Shown in pieces: positions 19,537-29,458 of a DNA stretch of 64,000 bases. Below the pieces are notes generated by a model. The model ran no database searches and was not told the origin of the DNA. It worked only from the letters and a program-made list of their open reading frames with translations. Numbering within the stretch: the stretch's first letter is position 1; each line of letters begins with the position of its first letter. Source of the stretch: Acidobacteriota bacterium (GTDB taxonomy: Bacteria; Acidobacteriota; UBA890; WLXD01); contig CAXWPH010000015.1 of NCBI GenBank assembly GCA_963666055.2, positions 1,472,001 through 1,536,000 on the forward strand. The letters are read 5' to 3'. Both the position numbers and the translations under genes were made by a program.

Positions 19537-21309
19537 CTACCCGCTGAAATACAAATATGCCGCCAAGATCGCCAACAACACCCCTGCCGACGCCAACACG
19601 TCCGCCTTCGTCCAGCTGCGCCGTGACTCCTGCCGGTGCGCCTCGGTCAACGTCCCATACGTCAGCCCGCTGATCTTCGCGTAGTCGGGCGCGGCGGTCG
19701 CGTAGCTCACCGCCACCATGGCGCCCACACAGACCAGCAGGATGACGATGCTGTAGTACTGGAAGAACGTGTGGTTGATGATCCAGAGCAATGAGCCCTC
19801 GGCGTAGCCGTTCTCGAATCCGGCCAGCCCGAGCTTGACGGGAGTGTCCACAGCGAGCCGGAACAGGCCCATGGCGAAGCCGACGGTGAGGGCGGCTAGG
19901 CAACCGTGGGCGTTGAGTCGCTTGAAGAAGACGCCAAGGAAGAAGACCACGAAGATGGGCGGGGCGAGGTACGCCTGCACGCCCTGGAGGTAGTCGTAGA
20001 GGCCGCGCCCGCCCTGGATGACGGGGATCCACGCCAATCCCACCAACACCATGACGCCGGTGGCGACGCGGCCTATCCACACCAGGCGGTGCTCTGACAC
20101 GGCAGGATGAAGCTTCTTGTAGAAGTCCATGGTGAACAGCGTCGCCGAGGCGTTGAAAACGCCGGCCAGCGAGCTCATGAGCGCCGCCAGCAGCCCCGCC
20201 ACGACGATGCCGCGGATGCCGGTCGGTAGCACGGTGGCCACCAGCAGCGGGAAGGCCTTTTGCGCCTCGTCGCGGATGATGTTGCCGTTGGCGTCGAGCA
20301 GCTGGCGTTGCAGCTCGGGCGAGGCACCGCTGGTGGCCAGGGCGAAGGCGATGATGCCGGGAATGATGAAGATGAACACCGGGAGCAGCTTGAGCACGGC
20401 GGCGAAGATGCTGCCGCGGCGTGCCTGCCGCTCGTCGGGCGCGCCGAGGGCACGCTGCACGATGTACTGATCGGTGCACCAGTACCAGAGTCCCGCCACC
20501 GGTGCGCAGAACAGCATGCTCAGCCACGGGTAGTTGTCGTTGAAGTACCAGGCTTGGCGCACCACCTGTCCGGCGGCGTTGGTCTCGAGCACCGGCGCCC
20601 ACGAGCCGATGACCCCTTCGGGCACGATTGGCTTCCAGAGGTTGAACATCTCCGCCCCGGCGATCTCGCGAAGCGCCCCCCAGCCGCCCAGTGCGTCGAG
20701 CCCGTAGACGGTGACCAGGATCGACCCAAGCACCAGAACGATCGTCTGGAGCGCTTCCGTATAGACCACGGCGCGCAAGCCGCCTACCACCGTGTACAAG
20801 CCGGTGAGGACGATGACCAGAATCGACCCCAGCCAGAAGCTATCGAGCGGCCCGAGCCGCATCTCGGGCAGCAGCACCGAGAACACGATGCCGCCGGCGA
20901 AGATCCCCACGGCGATCTTGGTGAGCACGTACGCGAACAAGGAGATGATCGACAGCACCCAGCGGTTCACCGGGCTGAAGCGCCGCTCGAGGAACTCGGG
21001 CATGGTGAAGATCTTCGAGCGCATGTAGAAGGGTACGAACAGCCAGCCCAGCACCAGCAGACACCAGGCGTGCAGCTCGTAGTGCGCCAGCGCCACGCCG
21101 TCGGTGGCGCCTGAGCCGGCCAGCCCGACGAGGTGCTCGGAGCCGATGTTGGAGGCGAAGATCGAGGCGCCGACGATCCACCAGCTGAGGTTGCGGCCGG
21201 CGAGGAAGTAGTCGTCGGCGGTGTCTTGGCTCTTGCGGATCACCCACCACGCCAGGCCCAGGAGGCCGCCGAAGTAGAGCGCGATGACCAGCCAGTCCAG
21301 AGTTGTCAT
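19537..21309 (-). CDS. Sodium:solute symporter (SLC5, vSGLT-like)
   Basis: YFLAGR, SIFASNIGSEHLVGLAG, WYWCTDQYIVQR and LAALMSS. Confidence 0.93.
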   Translation of the reverse strand: MTTLDWLVIALYFGGLLGLAWWVIRKSQDTADDYFLAGRNLSWWIVGASIFASNIGSEHLVGLAGSGATDGVALAHYELHAWCLLVLGWLFVPFYMRSKIFTMPEFLERRFSPVNRWVLSIISLFAYVLTKIAVGIFAGGIVFSVLLPEMRLGPLDSFWLGSILVIVLTGLYTVVGGLRAVVYTEALQTIVLVLGSILVTVYGLDALGGWGALREIAGAEMFNLWKPIVPEGVIGSWAPVLETNAAGQVVRQAWYFNDNYPWLSMLFCAPVAGLWYWCTDQYIVQRALGAPDERQARRGSIFAAVLKLLPVFIFIIPGIIAFALATSGASPELQRQLLDANGNIIRDEAQKAFPLLVATVLPTGIRGIVVAGLLAALMSSLAGVFNASATLFTMDFYKKLHPAVSEHRLVWIGRVATGVMVLVGLAWIPVIQGGRGLYDYLQGVQAYLAPPIFVVFFLGVFFKRLNAHGCLAALTVGFAMGLFRLAVDTPVKLGLAGFENGYAEGSLLWIINHTFFQYYSIVILLVCVGAMVAVSYATAAPDYAKISGLTYGTLTEAHRQESRRSWTKADVLASAGVLLAILAAYLYFSG

Positions 21310-21425
21310 CGGGATAATACTTCCTGCAGCTTGCAGTACTTGGCCACTGAATTACGGCGGCAAACTACCACTGTTCGGACTGCGTTTGGACCGACGAACC
21401 GGAGCTGACCGGGGCAATCGCTCTC

Positions 21426-21477
21426 AGCGTCAAAGTGTGAAAGCGTCTTGACGTCAACACGTCCAAGCGGCTAGGGT
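21426..21477 (+). promoter_or_regulatory. Sigma70-like promoter and operator of the RHH-relE module (likely leaderless)
   Basis: TTGACG (21448)-18 nt-TAGGGT (21472), 7 nt before the ATG; palindrome TTGACGTCAA; repeated RCGTC boxes. Confidence 0.55.
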
Positions 21478-21484
21478 AGAGCGC

Positions 21485-21751
21485 ATGCTGAGCGCCAAGC
21501 CAGAGCGAACCGAAGCAAAGCGAGCCGAAACGAAGCGCGCGACCGTCTATCTCGACTCCGAGATCCACCGGACGCTGCGCATCCGTGCGGCCGAGATGGA
21601 TACGACTATCTCGGAGCTGGTCAACGAAGCGGTCAAGGAGTCGCTCGCCGAGGACGCCGAGGACTTGATGACGCTCGAGGTGAGGGAAGGTGAGCCCGAC
21701 CTGCCCTTCGAAGAGCTCGTCAAGGATCTTAAGCGCCGTGGCAAGTTATAG
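21485..21751 (+). CDS. CopG/ribbon-helix-helix antitoxin
   Basis: KRATVYLDSEIHRTLRIRAA..TISELVNEAV..LAEDAED, overlapping relE. Confidence 0.85.
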   Translation: MLSAKPERTEAKRAETKRATVYLDSEIHRTLRIRAAEMDTTISELVNEAVKESLAEDAEDLMTLEVREGEPDLPFEELVKDLKRRGKL

Positions 21752-21998
21752 GCTCTTCATCAAGCCATCGGCGGCGAAGGAGATCGAGGCGCTGCCCACA
21801 GCTAAGATCCGCCGGGAGATCGTTCGCCGGATCGAGTCGCTGGCCGATGAACCCAGACCGCACGGCTGCACGAAGCTATCCGGCGCCGCGAAGTACCGCT
21901 TGGGTCACGGTCGATACCGCATCGTCTACACGGTTAAGGACGATCGGCTGATCGTGGTCGTGGTGCGGATGGCGCATCGCAAAGACGCCTACCGCTAG
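21738..21998 (+). CDS. relE: RelE/ParE-family toxin
   Basis: GTG start; YRLFIKPSAAKEI..PRPHGCTKL..YRIVY..HRKDAYR. Confidence 0.9.
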   Translation: MASYRLFIKPSAAKEIEALPTAKIRREIVRRIESLADEPRPHGCTKLSGAAKYRLGHGRYRIVYTVKDDRLIVVVVRMAHRKDAYR

Positions 21999-22111
21999 CA
22001 AGCGTGTGCTCGAATCCTGGGCCGCGCGACTCGGGTCGAATCGGGCCCCGAGGCGCCGCGCGTACGGCGCCCCGGAGCGATACCTCGTCCCGATCAATAC
22101 CTGGTGCCTGA

Positions 22112-25100
22112 TCAGCTCTGCGGCCGAGCTCGATTCGGCGCCGCTGGCCGGGCCGGTCGGGTCACCGGGTTTTCGCGCAACAACCGCAGCGCCTCGGCGA
22201 TGCCGGCCTCCAGCTGGGTGTCGGTTCCGCGCGCCAGCTCGGTGGGGTTCTCCAGCACCTCGATGTCCGGATCCACACCGTGGCCCTCGACGATCCACTC
22301 GCCCTCGGTGCTGTAGATCCCGAACGTCGGCACCGCCAGGTTGCCGCCGTCGATCAGGCCGGGCACGCCGGTGTAGCCGATGAGGCCGCCCCAGGTGCGC
22401 GTGCCGATCAGCGGCCCGAGATCAGCGTGCTTGAAGAACAGTGGGAAGGCGTCGCCGCCGGAGCCGCTCCAGCCGTTGATGAGCATCACCTTGGGGCCGA
22501 TCTGCGAGACCGGCGGCCACTGCCAGTCCTCGCCGTCGCGCACCCCCCAGTAGCTGTAGAGCGGCCGGTTGAGGAGCTCGATGAAACGGTCGGGAATCTG
22601 GCCGCCGTTGTTGAAGCGTTCGTCGATGATCAGCCCTTCCTTGTCGATCTGGGAGGCGAACTGGCGCAGCAGCTCGGTCTGGCCGTTGCGTCCGGTGTCG
22701 GGCACGTAAACGTAGCCGATGCGTCCGTCGGTAGCCTCCTCGACGCGCTTGCGGTTCGACTCGATCCACGCCAGGTTGCGCAGCCGTACCTCGCTGCGCA
22801 GCGTCTCCACCAGCACGCGGCGCGCGCCGTCCATCGACGGGGTGTCGTTGATGGTGAGCTCGACGGTCTCACCGCCCATCCCCTGGAAGGCGGCCCAGGG
22901 GTCCATCGACGTATCGATCGGCGTGCCGTTCACGGCCAGCAGATAGTCGCCCTCGTCGACGTCAACACCAGGCTGCCTCAGCGGTGAGCGCACCTCGCTG
23001 TCCCACGGAGCGCCGTCGATGATGCGCGCCAACCGATAGGCACCGCCCTCGAGCACGTAGTCGACGCCAAGCAGTCCTACGGTGCGTTGGCGCGCCTGCT
23101 CGGTGTCGCCACCGCCCATGTTGTAGGTGTGGCCGGCGTTGAGCTCGCCGATAAGCTCGCCGATGAGAAAGTCGAGATCCCAGCGTGTCACCACATCATC
23201 GATCAGTGCGCTGTAGACCTCGCCCACGTGCTCCCAGTCGACGCCGTGCATGTTGCGCACGTAGAAGTAGTCGCGAAAGCGGCGAAACGCGTCGTTGAAG
23301 ATCTGCCGCCATTCGGCCACCGGATCGAGCATTACCTGGAGTCCGGAGGTGTCGAGCGGCTCGAGATTCTGACCCGGGGCGATGCTGACGATACCGATGC
23401 CACCATTCGCTGCCACGATCAGCTTCTCGCCGTCGGCGGAGACGCCGAAGTCGTCGGCGTCGTCGAGGATGGTCTTCTCCTCCCGGTCCTCCAGGTCCCA
23501 GAACGCGATCGGGCTGTCGTCGTCTCCCGAGCCAGTGCGCGGCCCGCGGTGGTAGATTACCTTGCCGGACACCGCCGCCAGCGTGCCGTAGTTGCCGGCT
23601 TCGGCGGGAAGCACTACGAGGCGGTTCTCGAAGCCGTCGAGATCGATCTCGACGTCCTCAGCGTCTTCATCGTCAGCGTTCTCATCGGCGTCGTCGCCAT
23701 CGCCATCACGGTCGCCGCTTGCGGAGTCGTCGTCAGAGTCCGAGTCGCCGGAGCCTTCGCCCGCCTCGTCGTCCTCGACCTCTTCTTCATCGTTGCGTGG
23801 CGCCAGTGGCGACGGTACGTCGTGGCGCAGAGTGATGGCGGCCACGTTAGTGGTGTTGGCGTAGATGAAGGTGTTCTGGTAGTCACTGTAGGTCGGGCTG
23901 AGCGAGCGATTTGTGGTGACGTACAGGTAGTCGCCATCGGGGTCGAAGACCGGGCTGGTGTCGTTGTAGTAGCCGCTGGTGACCTGATGACGTTCGCCGC
24001 TGTCGATATCGAACAGGAAGATCGCCGTGTGGCGGTTCATGAGCCCGCGCGAGTAGGCGAGCCAGCGGCTGTCCGACGACCAACTGGGCGAGAAAGCGTT
24101 CAACTGACCGTGGTACATCCACTTGCCCCGGTCGACCTCGGTGAGCGCCTCGGCGTCCAGATCATAGATGCGGATCGTCATGGTCTGATCGATGAATGCC
24201 AGCTTGTTGCTGTCAGGCGACCAGTACGGCGAGTAGCGGAACCCCTCGCCGAGGTTGGTGAGCTGACGCGGCGTGCCGTTGCCGTCGGCCGCCAGGAGCG
24301 TGAGCTCGTACTCACGGGAAGCGTCGCCGAAGTAGGCAATCCACTTGCCGTCGGGCGACCAGGCCGGGCTGCGCTCCGCGGTCCCCGAGCTGCGGGTCAG
24401 GTTGCGGGTGATGCCGTGCTCTGCCGGCACGGTGAAGATATCGCCGCGCGCCTCGAGGACGACGCGCTTGCCGGACGGTGAGATGTCGCCGCCGGCGATC
24501 AGATCCGCCACATTCTCGTTGTGCGGCTTGAGGCTCGAGCGGTCGGTGACCACGTCGACCATCACCTCGCGCGTGGTCTCGTCGTCGAGATCGAGGAGAT
24601 AAAGGCGTCCACCGGCCTCGAACACCAGATCGGAGGGTCCGATAGCCGGGAAGCGCACGTCGAAGTCGGCGAGCTCGGTCACCTGTCGCGTGTCGCCCGA
24701 GTCGAGCTCATAGGCCCAGATATTGGCGCGCTGGTTGTCGCCGCGGTCCGAAAGGAAGTAGAGCGTCGAACCGTGCCACATCGGGTGACCGTCGTTGGCT
24801 TCGCTGTTGCTGATGTTGCGGGCGCTGTAGTCGTTCAGATCGAACAGCCAGATGTCGGGAGCCATGCCGCCCCGGTAGCGCTTCCAGGTGCGGAAGTCGC
24901 GGCTGATCGGCATGTACGCAATCGTGCTGCCGTCGGGCGAGATGGCGCCGAACTCGCCATACGGAACCGGCAGCAGCTCGGGGAGCCCACCGCTGGCCGG
25001 CACGTTGAAGAACTTGCGGTAGCGCATCTTCTCGGTCTGCATGAAGCTGGCGATGAGAATCGATTCGCCGTCGGGGTTCCACTCGAGCATGCGGTCCGGG

Positions 25101-25438
25101 AGTGGATGATGGGTGAGGCGCTCCACCTGCCCGCCCAGCGTTGGTACCGCGTAGATGTCGACGTTGCCGTCGTAGTTCGCTTGGAAGGCGATGCGGCTGC
25201 CGTCGGGCGAAAAGCGCGGGAAGCGCTCCTCGCCAGCGGGTGTGCTCAAGCGCTGCGCGGTGCCGCCGTCTTTTGGCGCGACCCACACATCGCCCGCGTA
25301 AACGAACGTGATGTGGGTGTCGGAAACGTCCGGGAACCGCAGCATGCGGGCGTCGACCTGCGCGGCGGCCGGGGTGGCAACGGCGAGTAGCCCGACGAGA
25401 ACGAGCGACAGTGTGAGGGCGTTATAGGCGCGTGGCAT
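22112..25438 (-). CDS. Tricorn protease (S41) with PD40 propellers and PDZ domain
   Basis: Signal peptide; WKRYRGG, GELNAGH, IDERFNNGG, SGSGGDAFP and RTWGG. Confidence 0.93.
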   Translation of the reverse strand: MPRAYNALTLSLVLVGLLAVATPAAAQVDARMLRFPDVSDTHITFVYAGDVWVAPKDGGTAQRLSTPAGEERFPRFSPDGSRIAFQANYDGNVDIYAVPTLGGQVERLTHHPLPDRMLEWNPDGESILIASFMQTEKMRYRKFFNVPASGGLPELLPVPYGEFGAISPDGSTIAYMPISRDFRTWKRYRGGMAPDIWLFDLNDYSARNISNSEANDGHPMWHGSTLYFLSDRGDNQRANIWAYELDSGDTRQVTELADFDVRFPAIGPSDLVFEAGGRLYLLDLDDETTREVMVDVVTDRSSLKPHNENVADLIAGGDISPSGKRVVLEARGDIFTVPAEHGITRNLTRSSGTAERSPAWSPDGKWIAYFGDASREYELTLLAADGNGTPRQLTNLGEGFRYSPYWSPDSNKLAFIDQTMTIRIYDLDAEALTEVDRGKWMYHGQLNAFSPSWSSDSRWLAYSRGLMNRHTAIFLFDIDSGERHQVTSGYYNDTSPVFDPDGDYLYVTTNRSLSPTYSDYQNTFIYANTTNVAAITLRHDVPSPLAPRNDEEEVEDDEAGEGSGDSDSDDDSASGDRDGDGDDADENADDEDAEDVEIDLDGFENRLVVLPAEAGNYGTLAAVSGKVIYHRGPRTGSGDDDSPIAFWDLEDREEKTILDDADDFGVSADGEKLIVAANGGIGIVSIAPGQNLEPLDTSGLQVMLDPVAEWRQIFNDAFRRFRDYFYVRNMHGVDWEHVGEVYSALIDDVVTRWDLDFLIGELIGELNAGHTYNMGGGDTEQARQRTVGLLGVDYVLEGGAYRLARIIDGAPWDSEVRSPLRQPGVDVDEGDYLLAVNGTPIDTSMDPWAAFQGMGGETVELTINDTPSMDGARRVLVETLRSEVRLRNLAWIESNRKRVEEATDGRIGYVYVPDTGRNGQTELLRQFASQIDKEGLIIDERFNNGGQIPDRFIELLNRPLYSYWGVRDGEDWQWPPVSQIGPKVMLINGWSGSGGDAFPLFFKHADLGPLIGTRTWGGLIGYTGVPGLIDGGNLAVPTFGIYSTEGEWIVEGHGVDPDIEVLENPTELARGTDTQLEAGIAEALRLLRENPVTRPARPAAPNRARPQS

Positions 25439-25707
25439 GGTCCTGCTCCGGGGAATACGAGGCGTCGCAGGACCCGGGCGAAGGCTCTTGCGCCACCTGT
25501 CAGTCTCGAGCGGTCGGCGAAGCGGATCGCGTCTCGCCAGACGCCGCTCGCCAGGTGCCGATTCCTTGAGAAGTCGAGCTCGGGTGGTCATTCGATCAGC
25601 CGAACGCAATGCCGAACAATTTAGCAGAATGGGCGCCGGCTGATTCCACCGGAGCGCCGCGATTGTCGATCTCGGCCCCAAGGTCCGGGTCTTCACGAGA
25701 GCCGACT

Positions 25708-25724
25708 ATTACCTTCCAAGTAAT
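25708..25724. promoter_or_regulatory. Operator copy 1: ATTAC-CTTCCAA-GTAAT
   Basis: Palindromic arms; motif recurs at 28474 and 29459. Confidence 0.7.
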
Positions 25725-25787
25725 TGAGTCCTTGGCTTCCTGGAAACTAGCTTCGCGGCTGATCCTGCGGGGGCTGAATTGGCCAGG

Positions 25788-26013
25788 ATGGTCGTCATGC
25801 GAAGAACGACATGCCGACTGGTCCGCCGGCGTCTGGTTCCCCTTCGTTCAAGTGGTTACGATGTTTGGCCCCGAGCAATCCCCCGAGCCGATGCCTGAGA
25901 CTTACGTCCACAAGTTCGTGGCGGAGAGCGTTGCTTTCGACTCAGTCTCCGTCGCTGAGCTGGTGCCTGAACCGGCTCGAGGAACCCCCGCCGATGCCAA
26001 GCCTGGGCAGTGA
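25788..26013 (+). pseudogene. Probable 3' remnant of a gene coupled to the downstream hydrolase
   Basis: Frame reads DWSAGVWFPFVQVVTMFG...; its TGA overlaps the hydrolase GTG; it lies after operator copy 1 and has no convincing in-frame start. Confidence 0.35.
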
Positions 26014-26978
26014 CTGAGCGAATCCAGAGAGCTCCGATCCAGAGGGTCATCAGGCGCCTGGCGCTGGCTCTTGGTGCTGTCCTGGCCGCTCTTGCGCTCA
26101 CCCTGTGGGGGATGTGGTGGGCGGGGCTGAGACAAGTGCTCTCCGAGAGCGCGATAGTCGAGACGCGCCTGGGCCCGGTGGAGTACGCCGCCGTCGGTGA
26201 GGGACCGGATGTTCTCCTCATCCACGGCTCTCCGGGCGGCTATGACCAGTTGCTCCCCCTGGCCCGCTCGCTGGCCGGGCGCGGCTATCGAGCTGTCACG
26301 GTCTCGCGGCCAGGCTACCTTCGAACCCCCCAAGAAGTGGGCTCCACGCCGCCGCAGCACGCCGATGCACTCGCCGCTCTCGTGGATGCGCTCGAGCTTC
26401 GGCGCGTTCTCCTTATCGGCGTGTCTGGCGGCGGCCCGACAACGCTGCAGCTGGCGCTGCGACATCCGCAGAAGGTGCGGGGCGTGGTGCTGATTTGCGC
26501 CGTGAGCTCGCGCCTTCGCGAAGGCGATCCCGACCCCGAGGCGGTTCGTGAGTTCGACTTCATGTGGGATCTGGGCGCCTTGATAGCGAGGTTCTTCCCC
26601 TCCCGCGGCCTTAGGTTGCTTGGCGTCACCGAGGCCGTCGAGCTCGAGCGGCACCTCGCCGATCCCGCCACGGTGGAGGCCGTTCGCTACCTCTTTCAGT
26701 CTCTCGGTTTCAGCCGCCGCCGGCGAGGCTACGCTCAGGACATGCTCGCAGTCGAATGGAGCGATCTGCACTATCCCCTCGAGCTGATCGAGGCGCCGAC
26801 CCTGGTACTGCACGGCTCCGAAGACGCCAATGTTCCCCTGTCGCACGGCGAGCACGTTGCCTCGAGCATCCCCGGCGCGCAGCTGCGCGTCCTGGATGGC
26901 GCCGGACAGGCCATCTTCGTGCTTCAGCACAGGTGGATCGAAGATCAGGTAGATACGTTCCTGAGCAAGATCCACTAG
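26010..26978 (+). CDS. Alpha/beta hydrolase with N-terminal membrane anchor
   Basis: HGSPGG, SRPGY, GVSGGG and HGSED motifs; GQAIF where a catalytic His is expected. Confidence 0.88.
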   Translation: MTERIQRAPIQRVIRRLALALGAVLAALALTLWGMWWAGLRQVLSESAIVETRLGPVEYAAVGEGPDVLLIHGSPGGYDQLLPLARSLAGRGYRAVTVSRPGYLRTPQEVGSTPPQHADALAALVDALELRRVLLIGVSGGGPTTLQLALRHPQKVRGVVLICAVSSRLREGDPDPEAVREFDFMWDLGALIARFFPSRGLRLLGVTEAVELERHLADPATVEAVRYLFQSLGFSRRRRGYAQDMLAVEWSDLHYPLELIEAPTLVLHGSEDANVPLSHGEHVASSIPGAQLRVLDGAGQAIFVLQHRWIEDQVDTFLSKIH

Positions 26979-27252
26979 TGGCCTGTAACAGATAATCGTT
27001 GCATATCGTGGTGGGGAAATGGGTGCGGATGCCAGGCGCGACGACGAGACGATGTTTGCCCATCGTGGAGTAGGAGCAACGCTGCAGACGGGCCGATTTC
27101 GCCGCCATCCTGCGGACAGATGGGCAGTTGCGGGCGATCTCGGCGTTGCGCCTCGTCGACGATGCCCATTGCATCGCCTTCCTCGCCGCGCCTTGATCTC
27201 ACCCGCAAATCCCATCTGCGATATGTAACGATTATCTGTTACAGGCCACTAG
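26975..27252. mobile_element. 278-bp fold-back palindromic MITE-like element bounded by CTAG
   Basis: Arms 26975-27008 and 27219-27252 are 33/34 inverted matches. Imperfect complementarity continues to a central loop near 27113. No credible ORF. Confidence 0.8.
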
Positions 27253-27277
27253 GCGGCGTGGTGGAAGTGTGGCAGGC
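27250..27277 (+). repeat. Half-copy of the arm of the 54.5-kb element
   Basis: CGTGGTGGAAGTGTGGC (27257-27273) equals the reverse complement of 54637-54653. Confidence 0.65.
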
Positions 27278-27356
27278 GGTAACCCTTTGGGCGATTCCAG
27301 CGGCGCGAACCGGGTACGTGAACTTGCTGGCGGCAGCCGAGTCGATGGCGAGCCGG

Positions 27357-28388
27357 CTACTCGTCGGTTTCGTGCGGCGATCCCTCGCCTCGTAGCGTGT
27401 CGACAACCTCCGCGACCACCCGCACGATGAGCTCGGGATCGTCGCGGTCGATGTGGTGGCTCGCCTTGGGGCTGACGTATTGCACCGTCGCCGTCGTGAG
27501 GCGCAGTAGGTCATGCTGCAGCTCGAGCCATACCGTGTTCGACTCTGCAATCGGTATCCCCAGCCCCTCGAAGGCGGCGAAGCTGTTGCCGGCGGTGATG
27601 ATCGCCACGGGCAAGCTCGGTTTCAGTTGGGCGCTCGCCACCCGCTCGGCCATCAGCAACGCCACCTGCATCTCGGTGCCAAGCGCGCGCAGGAACGCGG
27701 GGCGCAGCTGGGCGGCGGCGGTGGCGGAGTCGGGTGCTGGTGACATGAGCCGAATCAAACCGAGTCGTGCAAACAATGGAGCCCAGCGAAGTTGCCGTGC
27801 CGCATCGCGGACCAGGCTGACGTTCTCGGGCGGCAGCTCCTGCCACTGGCGCTCGTGTGCTGCATCGACGAGAACCAGGGCGGCGGCGCGCTCGGGGTGG
27901 GCTGCGGCGTACAGCCGGACCATGTAGCCGCCGAACGAGTGGCCGGCAAGCACCAGAGGTCGGTCGGTACCGATACTCTCGACGACCGCCTCCAGATCGG
28001 TGAGGAACCGCTCGACGCCGTCCACACCCGTCGGCGGGTCGCTCCAGCCGAGCCCGGCACGATCGTAGAAACAAGCACGCGTAACCGATCCCAGCGCTCG
28101 GTGGAGATCGGCGTAGTCCGCCGAGGAGCCTCCCGCGCCAACATCGAACAAAACGATCGGCGTGCCTTCGCCGATGCAATGCAGATGAAGGCGATAACCG
28201 CCCACGTCGACGAGCTCGCCAGGGGCCGGGAAGGCGCGACGGTCACGGGCGCTCGCCAGGCTTTGATAGCTCCAGCCGCCAGCGGCAGCAAGCGTCAGCA
28301 GGGTGGCGATGCCCACAGCAGCTCGCCGGAGCCAGAGTAGAAAGAGTCGACGGGTTCGGTCAGCGGGAATCTGTTGAGAGTCAGTCAT
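27357..28388 (-). CDS. Alpha/beta hydrolase with N-terminal membrane anchor
   Basis: LVDVGGYRLHLHC, YDRAGLGWS, GHSFGG and ASHHI. Confidence 0.9.
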   Translation of the reverse strand: MTDSQQIPADRTRRLFLLWLRRAAVGIATLLTLAAAGGWSYQSLASARDRRAFPAPGELVDVGGYRLHLHCIGEGTPIVLFDVGAGGSSADYADLHRALGSVTRACFYDRAGLGWSDPPTGVDGVERFLTDLEAVVESIGTDRPLVLAGHSFGGYMVRLYAAAHPERAAALVLVDAAHERQWQELPPENVSLVRDAARQLRWAPLFARLGLIRLMSPAPDSATAAAQLRPAFLRALGTEMQVALLMAERVASAQLKPSLPVAIITAGNSFAAFEGLGIPIAESNTVWLELQHDLLRLTTATVQYVSPKASHHIDRDDPELIVRVVAEVVDTLRGEGSPHETDE

Positions 28389-28473
28389 CAGCAATCTCTG
28401 GGGGGGAAGGAAACGCGACGAACGGGTCCGATCGCTGTTGTTTGACCATAGGACATTCGAAGTAAGTATTACG

Positions 28474-28490
28474 ATTACTTAACAGGTAAT
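28474..28490. promoter_or_regulatory. Operator copy 2: ATTAC-TTAACAG-GTAAT
   Basis: In the AT-rich divergent region between the hydrolase and the XRE regulator. Confidence 0.72.
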
Positions 28491-28626
28491 GTTTTAAACT
28501 ATGTCGGCGCGGTTATGTTGAACGTAGGTAACTTGCTTGCGGGCATAGGCTGCGCAAATAGGGTGCGGAAACAGAGAGGTTGAACCCAGGCAAGGGATAG
28601 CCACAGGACATGGACGGATTGCGGCG

Positions 28627-29457
28627 GTGAAGAGCCGAGCCAGAGCGTTGAGCCCGGTCGGCCACGTGCTACGCGATTGGCGTCGGGTGCGTGGTAAGAG
28701 CCAGCTCAGGCTGGCGCACGACGCCGATGTTTCGGCGCGGCACTTGAGCTTCATCGAGACCGGCCGGGCGCAGCCCAGCCGCCGCATCCTGCTGACGCTG
28801 GCGCGTTCCCTGGAAATGCCGCTGCGCGGGCAGAACTCGCTGTTGGAGGCGGCTGGCTACGCGCGGCTGTACAAGGAAAGTCAGTTCGACGCCGGCGAGC
28901 TGGCCCAGGTGCGCGGCGTCATCGAGTTTCTGTTGCAACGCCACGACCCCTACTCGGCGGTGGCTCTCGACCGTTGTTGGAACGTGCTGTTGTCCAATCG
29001 CGCCTTCGATCTCACCGTGGCCCGTCTGGTCGATCTGGAGTCGATCTTCGGCGTCGGCGACACCAATCTGATGAAGCTCCTGTTCCATCCCGATGGGCTG
29101 CGTCGCAACGTCGCCAACATGGATCAGGTCGGACCGATCATGCTCAACCGAATTCGCGGTGAGATTCGCCGCACTGGCGGTCCGGACCCGCTGGAAGAAT
29201 TGCTCGAGGAGCTGGTGGAGTATCCCGGCATCCCGGCGCTGTGGAAAATTCCAGACCCGTCAGTTGCCGACTCCGTGGTGATTCCGGTTCATCTGGTTGT
29301 TGGTGGCGAAGACCTGCGCTTCCTCAGCGCGATCACCACGTTGGGCACTCCGCAGGATGTCATGTTGCAGGAGCTCTCGATCGAGACGTTCCTGCCCGCC
29401 GACGACGCCACCGATCGCTTCATGCAGGGCGTTGGTGCCGAGATCGACGATTCCTGA
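28627..29457 (+). CDS. XRE-family HTH regulator with MmyB-like ligand-binding domain
   Basis: LRDWRR..SQLRLA..VSARHLSFIETGRAQPS, LLEAAGYA and TTLGTPQDVMLQELSIETFLPAD. Confidence 0.92.
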   Translation: MKSRARALSPVGHVLRDWRRVRGKSQLRLAHDADVSARHLSFIETGRAQPSRRILLTLARSLEMPLRGQNSLLEAAGYARLYKESQFDAGELAQVRGVIEFLLQRHDPYSAVALDRCWNVLLSNRAFDLTVARLVDLESIFGVGDTNLMKLLFHPDGLRRNVANMDQVGPIMLNRIRGEIRRTGGPDPLEELLEELVEYPGIPALWKIPDPSVADSVVIPVHLVVGGEDLRFLSAITTLGTPQDVMLQELSIETFLPADDATDRFMQGVGAEIDDS

Positions 29458-29458
29458 C

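Noticed and set aside
21497-21543. Imperfect 15-nt duplication at the antitoxin 5' end (ERTEAKRAETKRAT)
   Set aside because: Short in-frame duplication with no evidence of function.
23650-23795. Asp/Glu-rich low-complexity tract
   Set aside because: Ordinary acidic linker of tricorn-family proteases.
25902-27215. 437-aa minus-strand ORF crossing the hairpin element as a possible transposase
   Set aside because: Antisense to the hydrolase, with no DDE, HUH or recombinase motifs.
26975-27252. Integron attC site or retron msr-msd
   Set aside because: No integrase, reverse transcriptase or cassette array in the window; the element is longer than attC sites, and its CTAG ends fit an IS-derived element better.
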